A stretch of 56,119 bases of DNA from a virus (lineage: Duplodnaviria > Heunggongvirae > Uroviricota > Caudoviricetes), in IMG/VR virus record IMGVR_UViG_3300036801_000212, positions 64,001 to 120,119 of that record. One strand, given 5' to 3'. This document shows positions 47,989 to 55,883 of the stretch, piece after piece; positions within the stretch are counted from its first letter, which is position 1; each line of letters begins with the position of its first letter. The notes below the pieces were generated by a model. It was not told the origin of the DNA. It made no database searches and worked only from the letters and a program-made list of their open reading frames with translations. The position numbers were made by a program, and so were the translations under genes.

Positions 47989-48435
47989 GAGATTTCCCTT
48001 CGTGGGTTTACCGGTGATGACCACGCCTGTGGGGGCGGTGGCCAATGTCATGCCGATGTCACACAACCACGGGTGCAGCGGTGTGTCGGCCAGGTTGGAA
48101 AGTTCGTGGGTGTCGCGGTGGAGCCCAATGTCTGAGGTGCGGCAGATTCCGGTCGCTACCACAGAAATGCCGTTCCACTGGCCGACCTGCATCCAGTCAG
48201 TAGGGTCGACGGCCATGATGACCGCACCCCAATGGTTGGCCAGAGCGGTGGGAATGTAGGTGTCGCGGCCAGCCATCAAGTCGGTGGAGCGACCACCGGC
48301 CGTGCTGACGAACTGGCGGAGCAGGTACCAGCCTCGGTTGGTGACGATGAGCCGGTGAGCGGGAAGGTCGCTGGCGGTGAGTCCGAGGTCGGCCCGACTG
48401 CCGGGTGTCCAGTGCGTGACCACGTGTCGAAGCAT
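47989..48435 (-). CDS. in-frame N-terminal extension of TerD (possible fusion)
   Basis: 149 open codons in frame with terD, starting at an ATG. Confidence 0.35.
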
Positions 48436-48490
48436 ATCTGACTGAGTGGTACTGCGTCACTAATCTAGTCGGGTCATGTCGTGTAGAGTC

Positions 48491-48567
48491 GGCAAGGCAA
48501 GGCTTGGCAAGGCAGGGCGCGGCGTGGCGGGGCAAGGCGAGGCAGGGGAAGTACTGAGTGGCCAGCA
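48491..48567 (+). repeat. orphan GGC-NN pentamer unit (truncated)
   Basis: 11 perfect GGCNN pentamers then GGGAAGTACTGAGTGGCCAGCA; 48541-48567 is identical to 53210-53236. Confidence 0.9.
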
Positions 48568-48577
48568 CGGCACGAAC

Positions 48578-48855
48578 CAAGATCATGGGGCGGATTTTGG
48601 GGCAAACTGGGTTTCACGGTCCGACACGTTTTCGACACTCTCCGATGTAATCCGACTGCAGACGCTACTTATAGTTACCTCAATGCGACCAACCTGGGAC
48701 TTTACCCCTCCGTCGCGCTGACTCTTAATCAGCGGGTTCGGGGTTCGAGTCCCTGGCGGCGCACTCTAACTACATAGCTCTGACCAGCGGAAACGCCGAT
48801 TCTAAGATCATATCTCACTGGTCCGCCACAAGATCATGGGGCAAAAATGGGGCAG
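48578..48855. other. attP: core = 3' part of tRNA-Lys(CTT) at 48717-48764, flanked by arm-type repeats
   Basis: GCTGA-CTCTTAA-TCAGC anticodon arm plus T arm GTTCGAGTCC, with no acceptor 5' strand or D arm. CAAGATCATGGGGC at 48578 and 48829, with extra TGGGGCA copies. Adjacent to int. Confidence 0.85.
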
Positions 48856-49993
48856 GTGGGTTGCGACTGCCAGCCAGCGCGGCGCGAACCTCATCGTGAC
48901 CGTCGTCCTGAAGATGTGAGTACCTTTGAGTCGTCGTGATCGACTCGTGGCCAAGCAGATATTGCACTCGCGCCAGGGAGACGCCGGCGGTGACCAGACG
49001 GCTGGCGTAGGTATGTCGACAGTCGTGCACCCGGGCGTGGCCCACCTCTGCTCGAGCCAGGGCACGCTTCCAGGTGACGTTGTTGAAGTTGTGCGGATCA
49101 ATCACCGCACCCTTCGGGCCGACCACGACAAGCTCTGATCGGCACACTGACCCTTTCGCGTGAGTGAAGCCACACTTCCTCGCCGAATTACTACTCTGCA
49201 GTAGTACTGTGTGTAGATGCCTGGACATCGGGATGGTCCTACGTTTTTTTCCCTTGGGGTAGGACTCGATGACCCTGTCGTACTGGTTCCATTTCTCGAC
49301 CACGTCGATAGTCCCCCGGTCGAAGTCGAGCCGATGCCGATGCAGTCCCACCGCTTCCCCCAGGCGCAGCCCGGTCTCCAGCAGGATGGTGGTCAGTACC
49401 CAGTACGGCCCGGACATCCGCGCGAGGATGAGTTCGACCTCATCGGCGGTGAAGTATCTTTCCGGCGCCGGAGGAAGGGTCGGCAAGGTGACCGCGTAGC
49501 ACGGAGAGTGATCAATGACGTTGGCCCGGATCGCGTCCTTCATTGACCGACTGAGCTGGTAGTAACACTGCCTCACCGTGGACGCGGAAAGATTCGGGCT
49601 CTTGGCGAGTTTGTTGATCCACACCTGGATGTCGGCATGTTCGATTTCGTTGAGCGGGACATCTTTCCAGCGGGGCTTGACATGCTGGTCCCTGAGGGTA
49701 ACCTGAGAACGCATGGTGCCGGCCTCCAGACTTCGGGTGGGCCACCATCGATCGCACCAATCCCCCCAGCGCATCCGGCCCTTGGACGGGTCGCGTCTGC
49801 TTCCCTCGATGACTTTTTGTTCCTGGGCACTGGCCCAGCGGTAGGCGCCTCGTTTGTGAACGAAAACCTGGGAGCGCTTGCTGCCATCGGCCAAACGGTA
49901 GATGCCCCGAACTTTCACTATCCCGGTCTTATCCGGGGGCAAATCTTCGGTCCAGGCCATGGCTTGATCCTTTCGCGACAGAGCGGCCGGCAT
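48815..49993 (-). CDS. int: tyrosine integrase
   Basis: TGLRLGE, PKGKKRR, HDCRHTYA, LGHESITTTQRY catalytic motifs. Confidence 0.95.
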   Translation of the reverse strand: MPAALSRKDQAMAWTEDLPPDKTGIVKVRGIYRLADGSKRSQVFVHKRGAYRWASAQEQKVIEGSRRDPSKGRMRWGDWCDRWWPTRSLEAGTMRSQVTLRDQHVKPRWKDVPLNEIEHADIQVWINKLAKSPNLSASTVRQCYYQLSRSMKDAIRANVIDHSPCYAVTLPTLPPAPERYFTADEVELILARMSGPYWVLTTILLETGLRLGEAVGLHRHRLDFDRGTIDVVEKWNQYDRVIESYPKGKKRRTIPMSRHLHTVLLQSSNSARKCGFTHAKGSVCRSELVVVGPKGAVIDPHNFNNVTWKRALARAEVGHARVHDCRHTYASRLVTAGVSLARVQYLLGHESITTTQRYSHLQDDGHDEVRAALAGSRNPPAPFLPHDLVADQ

Positions 49994-50052
49994 AACCGGC
50001 GGCGGACGGGAATCAGATGGGGCGACAGCGGGCTGTCACGAAAGGTTGCTGA

Positions 50053-50334
50053 TCAGCGCTGAAGGCTGCGCAACGGAATGACTGGCGCGACACTATCGCT
50101 GGCGGGCAGAAGGTTTATCGCACACAGTAGCTTGACCGCGGCCACCCACAGTCCCGTGCCTATTTCAGGAGCGCTGAGACTCGCCGGCATTAGGACGGTC
50201 CCACTGGCCCCGTCGACGTAAATTTTGTCTCGTACTTCGATGCGCACGGCCAGGCCTGTCAACGCCTGGAACGCGCGCATTGCGAAGTCCAGATTATGAT
50301 CTTTGCATGATCGTTCCGCGAGTGAGTGGTCCAC
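50053..50334 (-). CDS. hypothetical protein
   Basis: ORF in the immunity/integration operon; no motif. Confidence 0.4.
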   Translation of the reverse strand: MDHSLAERSCKDHNLDFAMRAFQALTGLAVRIEVRDKIYVDGASGTVLMPASLSAPEIGTGLWVAAVKLLCAINLLPASDSVAPVIPLRSLQR

Positions 50335-50495
50335 GGAGCACCCCGTCCCTACGAAGTCCAGTTGGCCCCGGCGAGGTCTAGGCCGTGAGGGTGCGGTACC
50401 CCGAGCCCCAGAACTATCTCACTAAGACGGGTTACGCCTAGTGGTCCGATCGAGTGAATACGGTCAGGCGGGGTTTAACTTGCGTTCACGCGCCG

Positions 50496-50810
50496 TCACC
50501 TGTGCTCTTCACCCCCGTGGTTATTAATGACACCTCTGCGCAGGTCGATGCTAAATCGTTGCAGAGCTGGACCGATGAGCCCAGCTTCCTCGGCGGTGAG
50601 ATACCCGGCGGCGACCATGGCGTGCAACATGGGAATGTCCAGTGCGGTGGCAAATTTCCGCAGGTCAGTTACCGAGGGTTGCACGTCTTGACTGATCCAC
50701 TGAGAGAGCACGTCGACGGGCACACCCGTCAGTCGAGCGACGTCAGAGACGTCCCAATCGCGCGCGGCCAGCTCTGCGCTGACCCACTTCCCCCAGGTTG
50801 AGGCTGTCAT
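50496..50810 (-). CDS. XRE-family HTH regulator
   Basis: WDVSDVARLTGVPVDVLSQWI...PSVTDLRKFATAL...AAGYL. Confidence 0.85.
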   Translation of the reverse strand: MTASTWGKWVSAELAARDWDVSDVARLTGVPVDVLSQWISQDVQPSVTDLRKFATALDIPMLHAMVAAGYLTAEEAGLIGPALQRFSIDLRRGVINNHGGEEHR

Positions 50811-50934
50811 GCGGCGGATAGTATGTCCTCATCGCACTCTCAGGAAGCTTTTTCATCAACCTTGGTGAGAAGGTATCCCAGAAGAGATACCTGAGAGCGG
50901 AAGCGTAGTCAGTGTTTACACTCCCGTATAACGC

Positions 50935-51342
50935 TCAGTTACGCGCGCGCTCTTCCTCGTCGTCCGACTCTGAGCTGCTCATCGTTCGGCTGCGGATGTC
51001 GATCTCGAAACGAGCGCCGCGGTCACCGACGGCCCGACGTTGGATTTCCGTCGACAGCATGCTTAGTTCCGCTAACGTCCTGTTGAACCTCGCCAGCAGC
51101 TCGCCACTGGTCAAATCTTCCAGCACCACCCCCGTCGTCGAGGTCGTACCGACCGGGAGTAGGTTGTCGTCCAGTCGCAGCACGGCGCGAAGCTTCGCCA
51201 GCCGGTTGCGAGGGATCGTCCCCTCTTTCTCCCAGCTCAAATATGTCGATCTATGCACCCCGACGAGATCGGCGACCTCCTGCTGCTTCATGCTCAGAAG
51301 CTCGCGCGCCTCGCGGAGTCGGTCCCCGTCGAGTCGTGTCAT
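50935..51342 (-). CDS. XRE-family HTH protein, probable immunity repressor
   Basis: LREARELLSMKQQEVADLVGVHRSTYLSWE; divergent from the excisionase gene. Confidence 0.85.
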   Translation of the reverse strand: MTRLDGDRLREARELLSMKQQEVADLVGVHRSTYLSWEKEGTIPRNRLAKLRAVLRLDDNLLPVGTTSTTGVVLEDLTSGELLARFNRTLAELSMLSTEIQRRAVGDRGARFEIDIRSRTMSSSESDDEEERARN

Positions 51343-51576
51343 GGGTCCAATCATGGGACTCGGGGCAGCACGAATCAACATTTTTGTCGCACCCAGTCGG
51401 GTGACCTGCACGACAGCCATGTGGCCCAATGTCGCATAGAATCCGACATTGATCCGACACACATCGACATCACCCAAAGGGGCGAGTGACACTCCCCGTC
51501 TCAACCCGCTACCGTTCCGACATCGCAAGGAACTGCCCAGGGTCACGACCCTGAGACGACCTGAAGGTGGCGTGGA

Positions 51577-51771
51577 GTGGTGCTTGTCCGCGAGTGGTAC
51601 AGACCCCGTGAAGTCGTGAAGCTCACCGGCTGGAGTCGGACCACCGTGTACGACGCGCTCTGGTCTGGCCGGCTCAAGGGTCACCAACCGGCCAAGGGCC
51701 AGCCTTGGCGCATCTCCGTGTCCGCACTCCGCGAATGGATGGACGGAACCCCGGAAGATGGTGCAGCCTGA
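51577..51771 (+). CDS. excisionase / Cro-like HTH protein
   Basis: WYRPREVVKLTGWSRTTVY...GRL...WRI pattern. Confidence 0.8.
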   Translation: MVLVREWYRPREVVKLTGWSRTTVYDALWSGRLKGHQPAKGQPWRISVSALREWMDGTPEDGAA

Positions 51772-51905
51772 AATGGCGGTCGCAATCACCGACGAGCTAC
51801 CCCAGCGAGCTGACTGCTATTGAAGGCGCGAGAACTCACCGACAAAATCAAGATCGCGATTGACGACACCTGACAGTTGACACACCTCAAGGAAGGGCTA
51901 GGAAG

Positions 51906-52487
51906 ATGATCATTAATCTGACCGGCAGCACCCCGCTAATGATGCACAGCAGCAGACTGGCGGACTCTGACGATTTCTTTACCAGAGCCATCGCCAAGAT
52001 CGTGGCCAAGCGCACCAACATGACCGACGATGACCGGCTTGAGAAGTCTCGACTGCAGTTCGCCGGCGGTCTGTACCACGACGAAGAAATCGGCCCCTAC
52101 CTCCCCGGACCGAACCTGGTTCGGTCTCTGCGGACTGCCGCACACCTGGTCAAGCACAACAAGGGTGGCGGGGAGATTGAGCGGGGATTCATTCTCCTCT
52201 CGGAGCGCGCACCCCTGGACTACGCGGGGCCTCGCGCCCTCGACGATCTCTGGAATGAAGGCGAATCCAAGTTCGTCGACCGCCGCATGGTGAAGATCGG
52301 TAAGTCGACCGTGTCCACCACTAGGCCGATTTTCGTCAACTGGGGGGCCCAGTTTGAGTTCGAACTGGACCCGAGCGAGATCGACGTCGAGGACTTCCAG
52401 GCCTATGCCGAGAAGTCCGGCAAGGTCGGGGTCGGTGACGCCCGCAAGATTGGGTACGGCCGATTCTCTGTCAAGATCGCCGACTAA
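51906..52487 (+). CDS. stand-alone Cas7/RAMP-like protein (Vipr-like)
   Basis: N-terminal INLTGSTPLMMH strand, YLPGPNL.RSL..AA helix and C-terminal Gly-rich loop GVGDARKIGYGRF; AAGGAAGG RBS; upstream of the GGCNN array. Confidence 0.75.
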   Translation: MIINLTGSTPLMMHSSRLADSDDFFTRAIAKIVAKRTNMTDDDRLEKSRLQFAGGLYHDEEIGPYLPGPNLVRSLRTAAHLVKHNKGGGEIERGFILLSERAPLDYAGPRALDDLWNEGESKFVDRRMVKIGKSTVSTTRPIFVNWGAQFEFELDPSEIDVEDFQAYAEKSGKVGVGDARKIGYGRFSVKIAD

Positions 52488-52510
52488 CTAAAGCGGTTGG
52501 AGTCTCCATC

Positions 52511-53041
52511 ATGGCGTTGAGTCCTTTTTCTCCCGCTGACGGAAAAGTGTCTCGGCTGCGACACTGTTACGGCCTCGTGGCTTCACGCGAAGCTGGCGAT
52601 GTGATTTCAGTTGAAGAGGTGATGGAGCTTTGCGACTGTGATCGGCCTACCGCGATTCAGGCCATGTGGAGTGTGAAGGCTCCCCTTGAGCGGGATGGTC
52701 TCAACTCGCTTGAGATCATCCGTCCCGGGGGTGGTGGCCGGGCATACGGCTGGCGCATATTGGATCGAGGCGTTCGCAATCTTGATGTTGTGGATGCGCG
52801 GGTTGCTAAGTCGCGCCGTGCTCAGGTTCGGGTGAGCCGTCTGATTAACAACACCGAGCGTGACCGTCTTGATCAGGTCGGTCGGATGCGCTACGACCGG
52901 CTGCAGTCGCACGCGTTGCGGGCCGCGGTGCTCTACGAGCGGAGGCCGTCGAGTTTGGCGGATTTACAGCGCAAGGCGGAGGAGCAGCGCCGCAAGCAGT
53001 TGCCTGGGCGTGATCCGGATGACGGCTCGAGAACGGCCTGA
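52511..53041 (+). CDS. accessory protein between the RAMP gene and the array
   Basis: GGAG RBS; possible winged-HTH N-terminus (SVEEVMELCDCDRPTA...YGWRI); basic helical C-terminus. Confidence 0.7.
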   Translation: MALSPFSPADGKVSRLRHCYGLVASREAGDVISVEEVMELCDCDRPTAIQAMWSVKAPLERDGLNSLEIIRPGGGGRAYGWRILDRGVRNLDVVDARVAKSRRAQVRVSRLINNTERDRLDQVGRMRYDRLQSHALRAAVLYERRPSSLADLQRKAEEQRRKQLPGRDPDDGSRTA

Positions 53042-53051
53042 GGACTTTCAA

Positions 53052-53598
53052 GGCGCGGCGCGGCATGGCGCGGCAAGGCGTGGCTAGGCGAGGCGAGGGA
53101 AAGCAGATGGGCGGATGGCATACACCCAGGTTCGAGTCTTGGGCGCCCACGCACGGCGTGGCATGGCATGGCGGGGCATGGCTGGGCTTGGCGTGGCAGG
53201 GCCGGGCAGGGCAGGGGAAGTACTGAGTGGCCAGCAGGCACCGACGTGCGAGCCGTCGGCACTCACGCACGGCGCGGCTCGGCACGGCGTGGCCGGGCAG
53301 GGCTGGGCAAGGCGTGGCGAGGGATAGCTGGAGAGCGGACGGCATACATCGAGGTTCGGGTCCTCGACGCTCACGCACGGCTAGGCAAGGCCCGGCTCGG
53401 CTGGGCATGGCTGGGCAAGGCTAGTCAGGGCGAGGGAAGTTCGGCGGGTGAACGGCATACACCGCGGTTCGAGTCTGCGGCACCCACGCACGGCGTGGCA
53501 TGGCACGGCGGGGCCCGGCACGGCGAGGCAAAGCGAGGCGAGGGAAGCAGATGGGTGAATGGCATGCACTCGGGTTCGAGCCCCGAGCACCCACGCAA
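53052..53598 (+). ncRNA. array of five GGC-NN repeat RNAs with tRNA-minihelix-like tails
   Basis: Units start at 53052, 53155, 53271, 53379 and 53492 with 9, 12, 10, 11 and 10 pentamers. Each is followed by GGGA(A/T), a two-helix covarying tail and CGCA(C/A). Confidence 0.85.
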
Positions 53599-53610
53599 CA
53601 AACAAGTGAA

Positions 53611-53641
53611 GGGGTCGCGCGCCGGCAAGCACCGCGACCCC
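53611..53641 (+). terminator. hairpin closing the array
   Basis: GGGGTCGCG/CGCGACCCC 9-bp stem; no U-tract. Confidence 0.5.
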
Positions 53642-54333
53642 CTCCAACCACACACTCCCCGAAAGAAGAAGCTGCATGATCCCCCAAAACAATACAGTCA
53701 GCTCCCTTCAAGCGCTACCGGCGGTGACGCACCGCTCCCCAGTGCGTCGCAGAGGCCAGATAGGTGACAGCGGTCCAATCCTGCGAGTCCCCGGTCGTCC
53801 CGGTCCCCCGACCCCCACAGGTCGTGTATCCCACCGGAGAGGTTTGCCGGGAACCGAACATGTAACCGAGTTGATCGCGCGCATCACTGGATGTGCAAAA
53901 TGATCCGGTTATCGCTGTATCAGCGAGCGCAACTCGTCTGCGCCGTGTCAATGATTGGCTGGGCGATGGCCGCTAAGGCTGTCCCAGTCGTGGCCAGCCT
54001 CCTCTTTCGAGGCCATACGTGAGCGACGCGAAACATCGTCTGACACCGGCCGACGAGGATGAACAACTTCTCAAACGATTCGACGGACTCCAGGCTTCCA
54101 TGTCCTGGCCATGGTCTGAACCGTGGTCAGATGACGAAGTAATAGGCCAAGCGTTAGCTGCTGAATTCGCGGCGAAGACATAGTGCTCGGTTTTTCCGCG
54201 CCGGGTAACGATTCAATTCACCGTATCGAATTGTCGGTAGCTTTTGACTACGACAATGTCGAAGTAATCACAACGTGCGGGATTGTGCTCAAAATTCACG
54301 CGGCGGAAAGTAAAAAGGTTTTCGCCTTAAGCG

Positions 54334-54618
54334 ATGAAATGTGCGCTTCCTGCTGGAGATGAAATGACCGCAACAATGGAAGAGCAGCCGACTTGTTTCG
54401 CTAAGAAACTTCGTGAACTTCTCTGTGAAACGTATGGTTTCGTGCCCCGGTGTATGTCCGATACTTTCGCCCGTGACATTGACGCGGAGATCGCGCAAAC
54501 TCAATACGACTGGAAAATGTGGCTGATGCACGATGCTGTGCGAAGTGGAGTCAACCCCGAAATCGTGTGTGATTGTCTGGACGAGTTCCGCGCTATTCAG
54601 ATTCGAGAAATGTTGTGA
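54334..54618 (+). CDS. hypothetical protein
   Basis: ORF track; GGAG upstream of an internal ATG. Confidence 0.5.
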   Translation: MKCALPAGDEMTATMEEQPTCFAKKLRELLCETYGFVPRCMSDTFARDIDAEIAQTQYDWKMWLMHDAVRSGVNPEIVCDCLDEFRAIQIREML

Positions 54619-54800
54619 AGAAGTCGCACCTCGAGGTGCTGGGCGAGGCCTGGGAGTTCCTCATGTTCGACACATCTATTGAGGCCGCGAATAGGAGAGA
54701 CTGCTACACGGACGCTATGCGTTTATTGCGAAGCGGTTCTGTGACGAGTTTCGTCGTCGACGCATACGAGGATGCCTCAACACTATTGGGGACGAGGTGA
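54615..54800 (+). CDS. hypothetical protein
   Basis: GTGA overlap with the upstream ORF. Confidence 0.4.
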   Translation: MKKSHLEVLGEAWEFLMFDTSIEAANRRDCYTDAMRLLRSGSVTSFVVDAYEDASTLLGTR

Positions 54801-54903
54801 ACATCTTCTGCCTTATAGGCGCGGTTTCTTTAGGCATACTCACATTGCGGGTCGTCTGGTGGGGGATTGTTTCTTTCGCTCAGAGACTTTTGGGACGTTC
54901 TGA

Positions 54904-55302
54904 GTGAAACTTCAGATGGGTATCGCATTGGCTCTCGGGACAAATTGTCTTATTCGCGGTGGCGTATTTCATGAGCAGGATGGTGATTTCCGCGTGGTTG
55001 GGAGTTCGGTGACCTGGGAAGAGTGGGCCAAAAAGCGGTGTGCGGAAGTAAATCTGGTGCATGAACCCACCCGTATTGAGTTTCTGTCGAGACAGTTGCG
55101 GGGAATGGCTAGACGTGTGGGGGAGTTCCGCAACGCACATCGCGAACTTCAGAAACAGCTAATCAGCGCCAGGGATAGTGCGAACTTCTGGCATGACCAC
55201 TGGTTTAAAGCTTTGGACATCATCGGCGAGCAAGGATACGAACTCATCCAGGCCGAGGATCAGAGTAGTAATTGTTCCGAATGCCAGGCGAGGCGAAGTT
55301 AA
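54904..55302 (+). CDS. hypothetical protein with coiled coil and C-terminal CxxC
   Basis: ORF track; CSEC near the end. Confidence 0.5.
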   Translation: MKLQMGIALALGTNCLIRGGVFHEQDGDFRVVGSSVTWEEWAKKRCAEVNLVHEPTRIEFLSRQLRGMARRVGEFRNAHRELQKQLISARDSANFWHDHWFKALDIIGEQGYELIQAEDQSSNCSECQARRS

Positions 55303-55372
55303 TGTTGTGGTTGATATTGTTCTGCGTCATCTTTTATCTGTGCGTGAGCGGACCTTATGAGTAAGGAGCACA

Positions 55373-55879
55373 TTGCCACACCGTGAACCGAACCCCGGAT
55401 TCGATAGGGGCTATTTCGGGATTGCCGTCTATCAGCCGAAGACCGAGGTCAACATCGGAAGTCTCTGGAGATCAGCTTCTGCTTTCGGAGCTGCTTTTAT
55501 CGCCACCGTAGGGAGGCGTTACCCAACTCGGCAAGCATCAGACACGACTTACGCCTCGAAGTACATCCCGTTATTTAACTTCCCGACCATGGATGATCTA
55601 CTAGGACATCTCCCCAATTCCTGTCCTCTAGTGGGTGTCGAGCTCGACACCCGAGCGAAGAGTTTGAACACATATCATCATCGGGAACGAGCGCTGTATT
55701 TGCTTGGCGCGGAAGATAGAGGTATACCTCCGAAGGTTTTGGACATGTGTCACGATTTGGTGCAGATTCCCACCGTGACACCGTGGTCCATCAACTTAGC
55801 CTGCGCTGGGTCGATTCTTCTTGCGAGCCGCCACATGTCCCACCTTCTCCTAAAGACCGCAATGAACGAGGAGGCATAG
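55373..55879 (+). CDS. SpoU/TrmH-family RNA methyltransferase
   Basis: NIGSLWRSA.AFG, LVGVE, LLGAEDRGI and SINLA SPOUT motifs; AAGGAG RBS. Confidence 0.9.
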   Translation: MPHREPNPGFDRGYFGIAVYQPKTEVNIGSLWRSASAFGAAFIATVGRRYPTRQASDTTYASKYIPLFNFPTMDDLLGHLPNSCPLVGVELDTRAKSLNTYHHRERALYLLGAEDRGIPPKVLDMCHDLVQIPTVTPWSINLACAGSILLASRHMSHLLLKTAMNEEA

Positions 55880-55883
55880 CCCC

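Noticed and set aside
48717-48764. tRNA-Lys gene
   Set aside because: The 5' acceptor strand and D arm are absent; position next to int and flanking repeats fit an attP core.
51343-51789. N-terminal half of the 284-aa ORF 50935..51789
   Set aside because: It overlaps the excisionase gene antisense and the divergent promoter region; the HTH begins right after ATG 51342.
48491-53541. Self-targets of the gapped NN codes in this window
   Set aside because: Spot checks (repressors, excisionase, VTGPT in ORF 23609) mismatched. The search was by eye and not exhaustive.
53052-53598. Classical CRISPR array
   Set aside because: No identical direct repeats with unique spacers, and no cas1/2/3/6 recognised.
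52845-53767. The many overlapping ORFs across the GGCNN array
   Set aside because: They are low-complexity artefacts (ARHG/PCPA-like) of a stop-poor pentamer repeat; the 5-nt period and stem covariation point to RNA.
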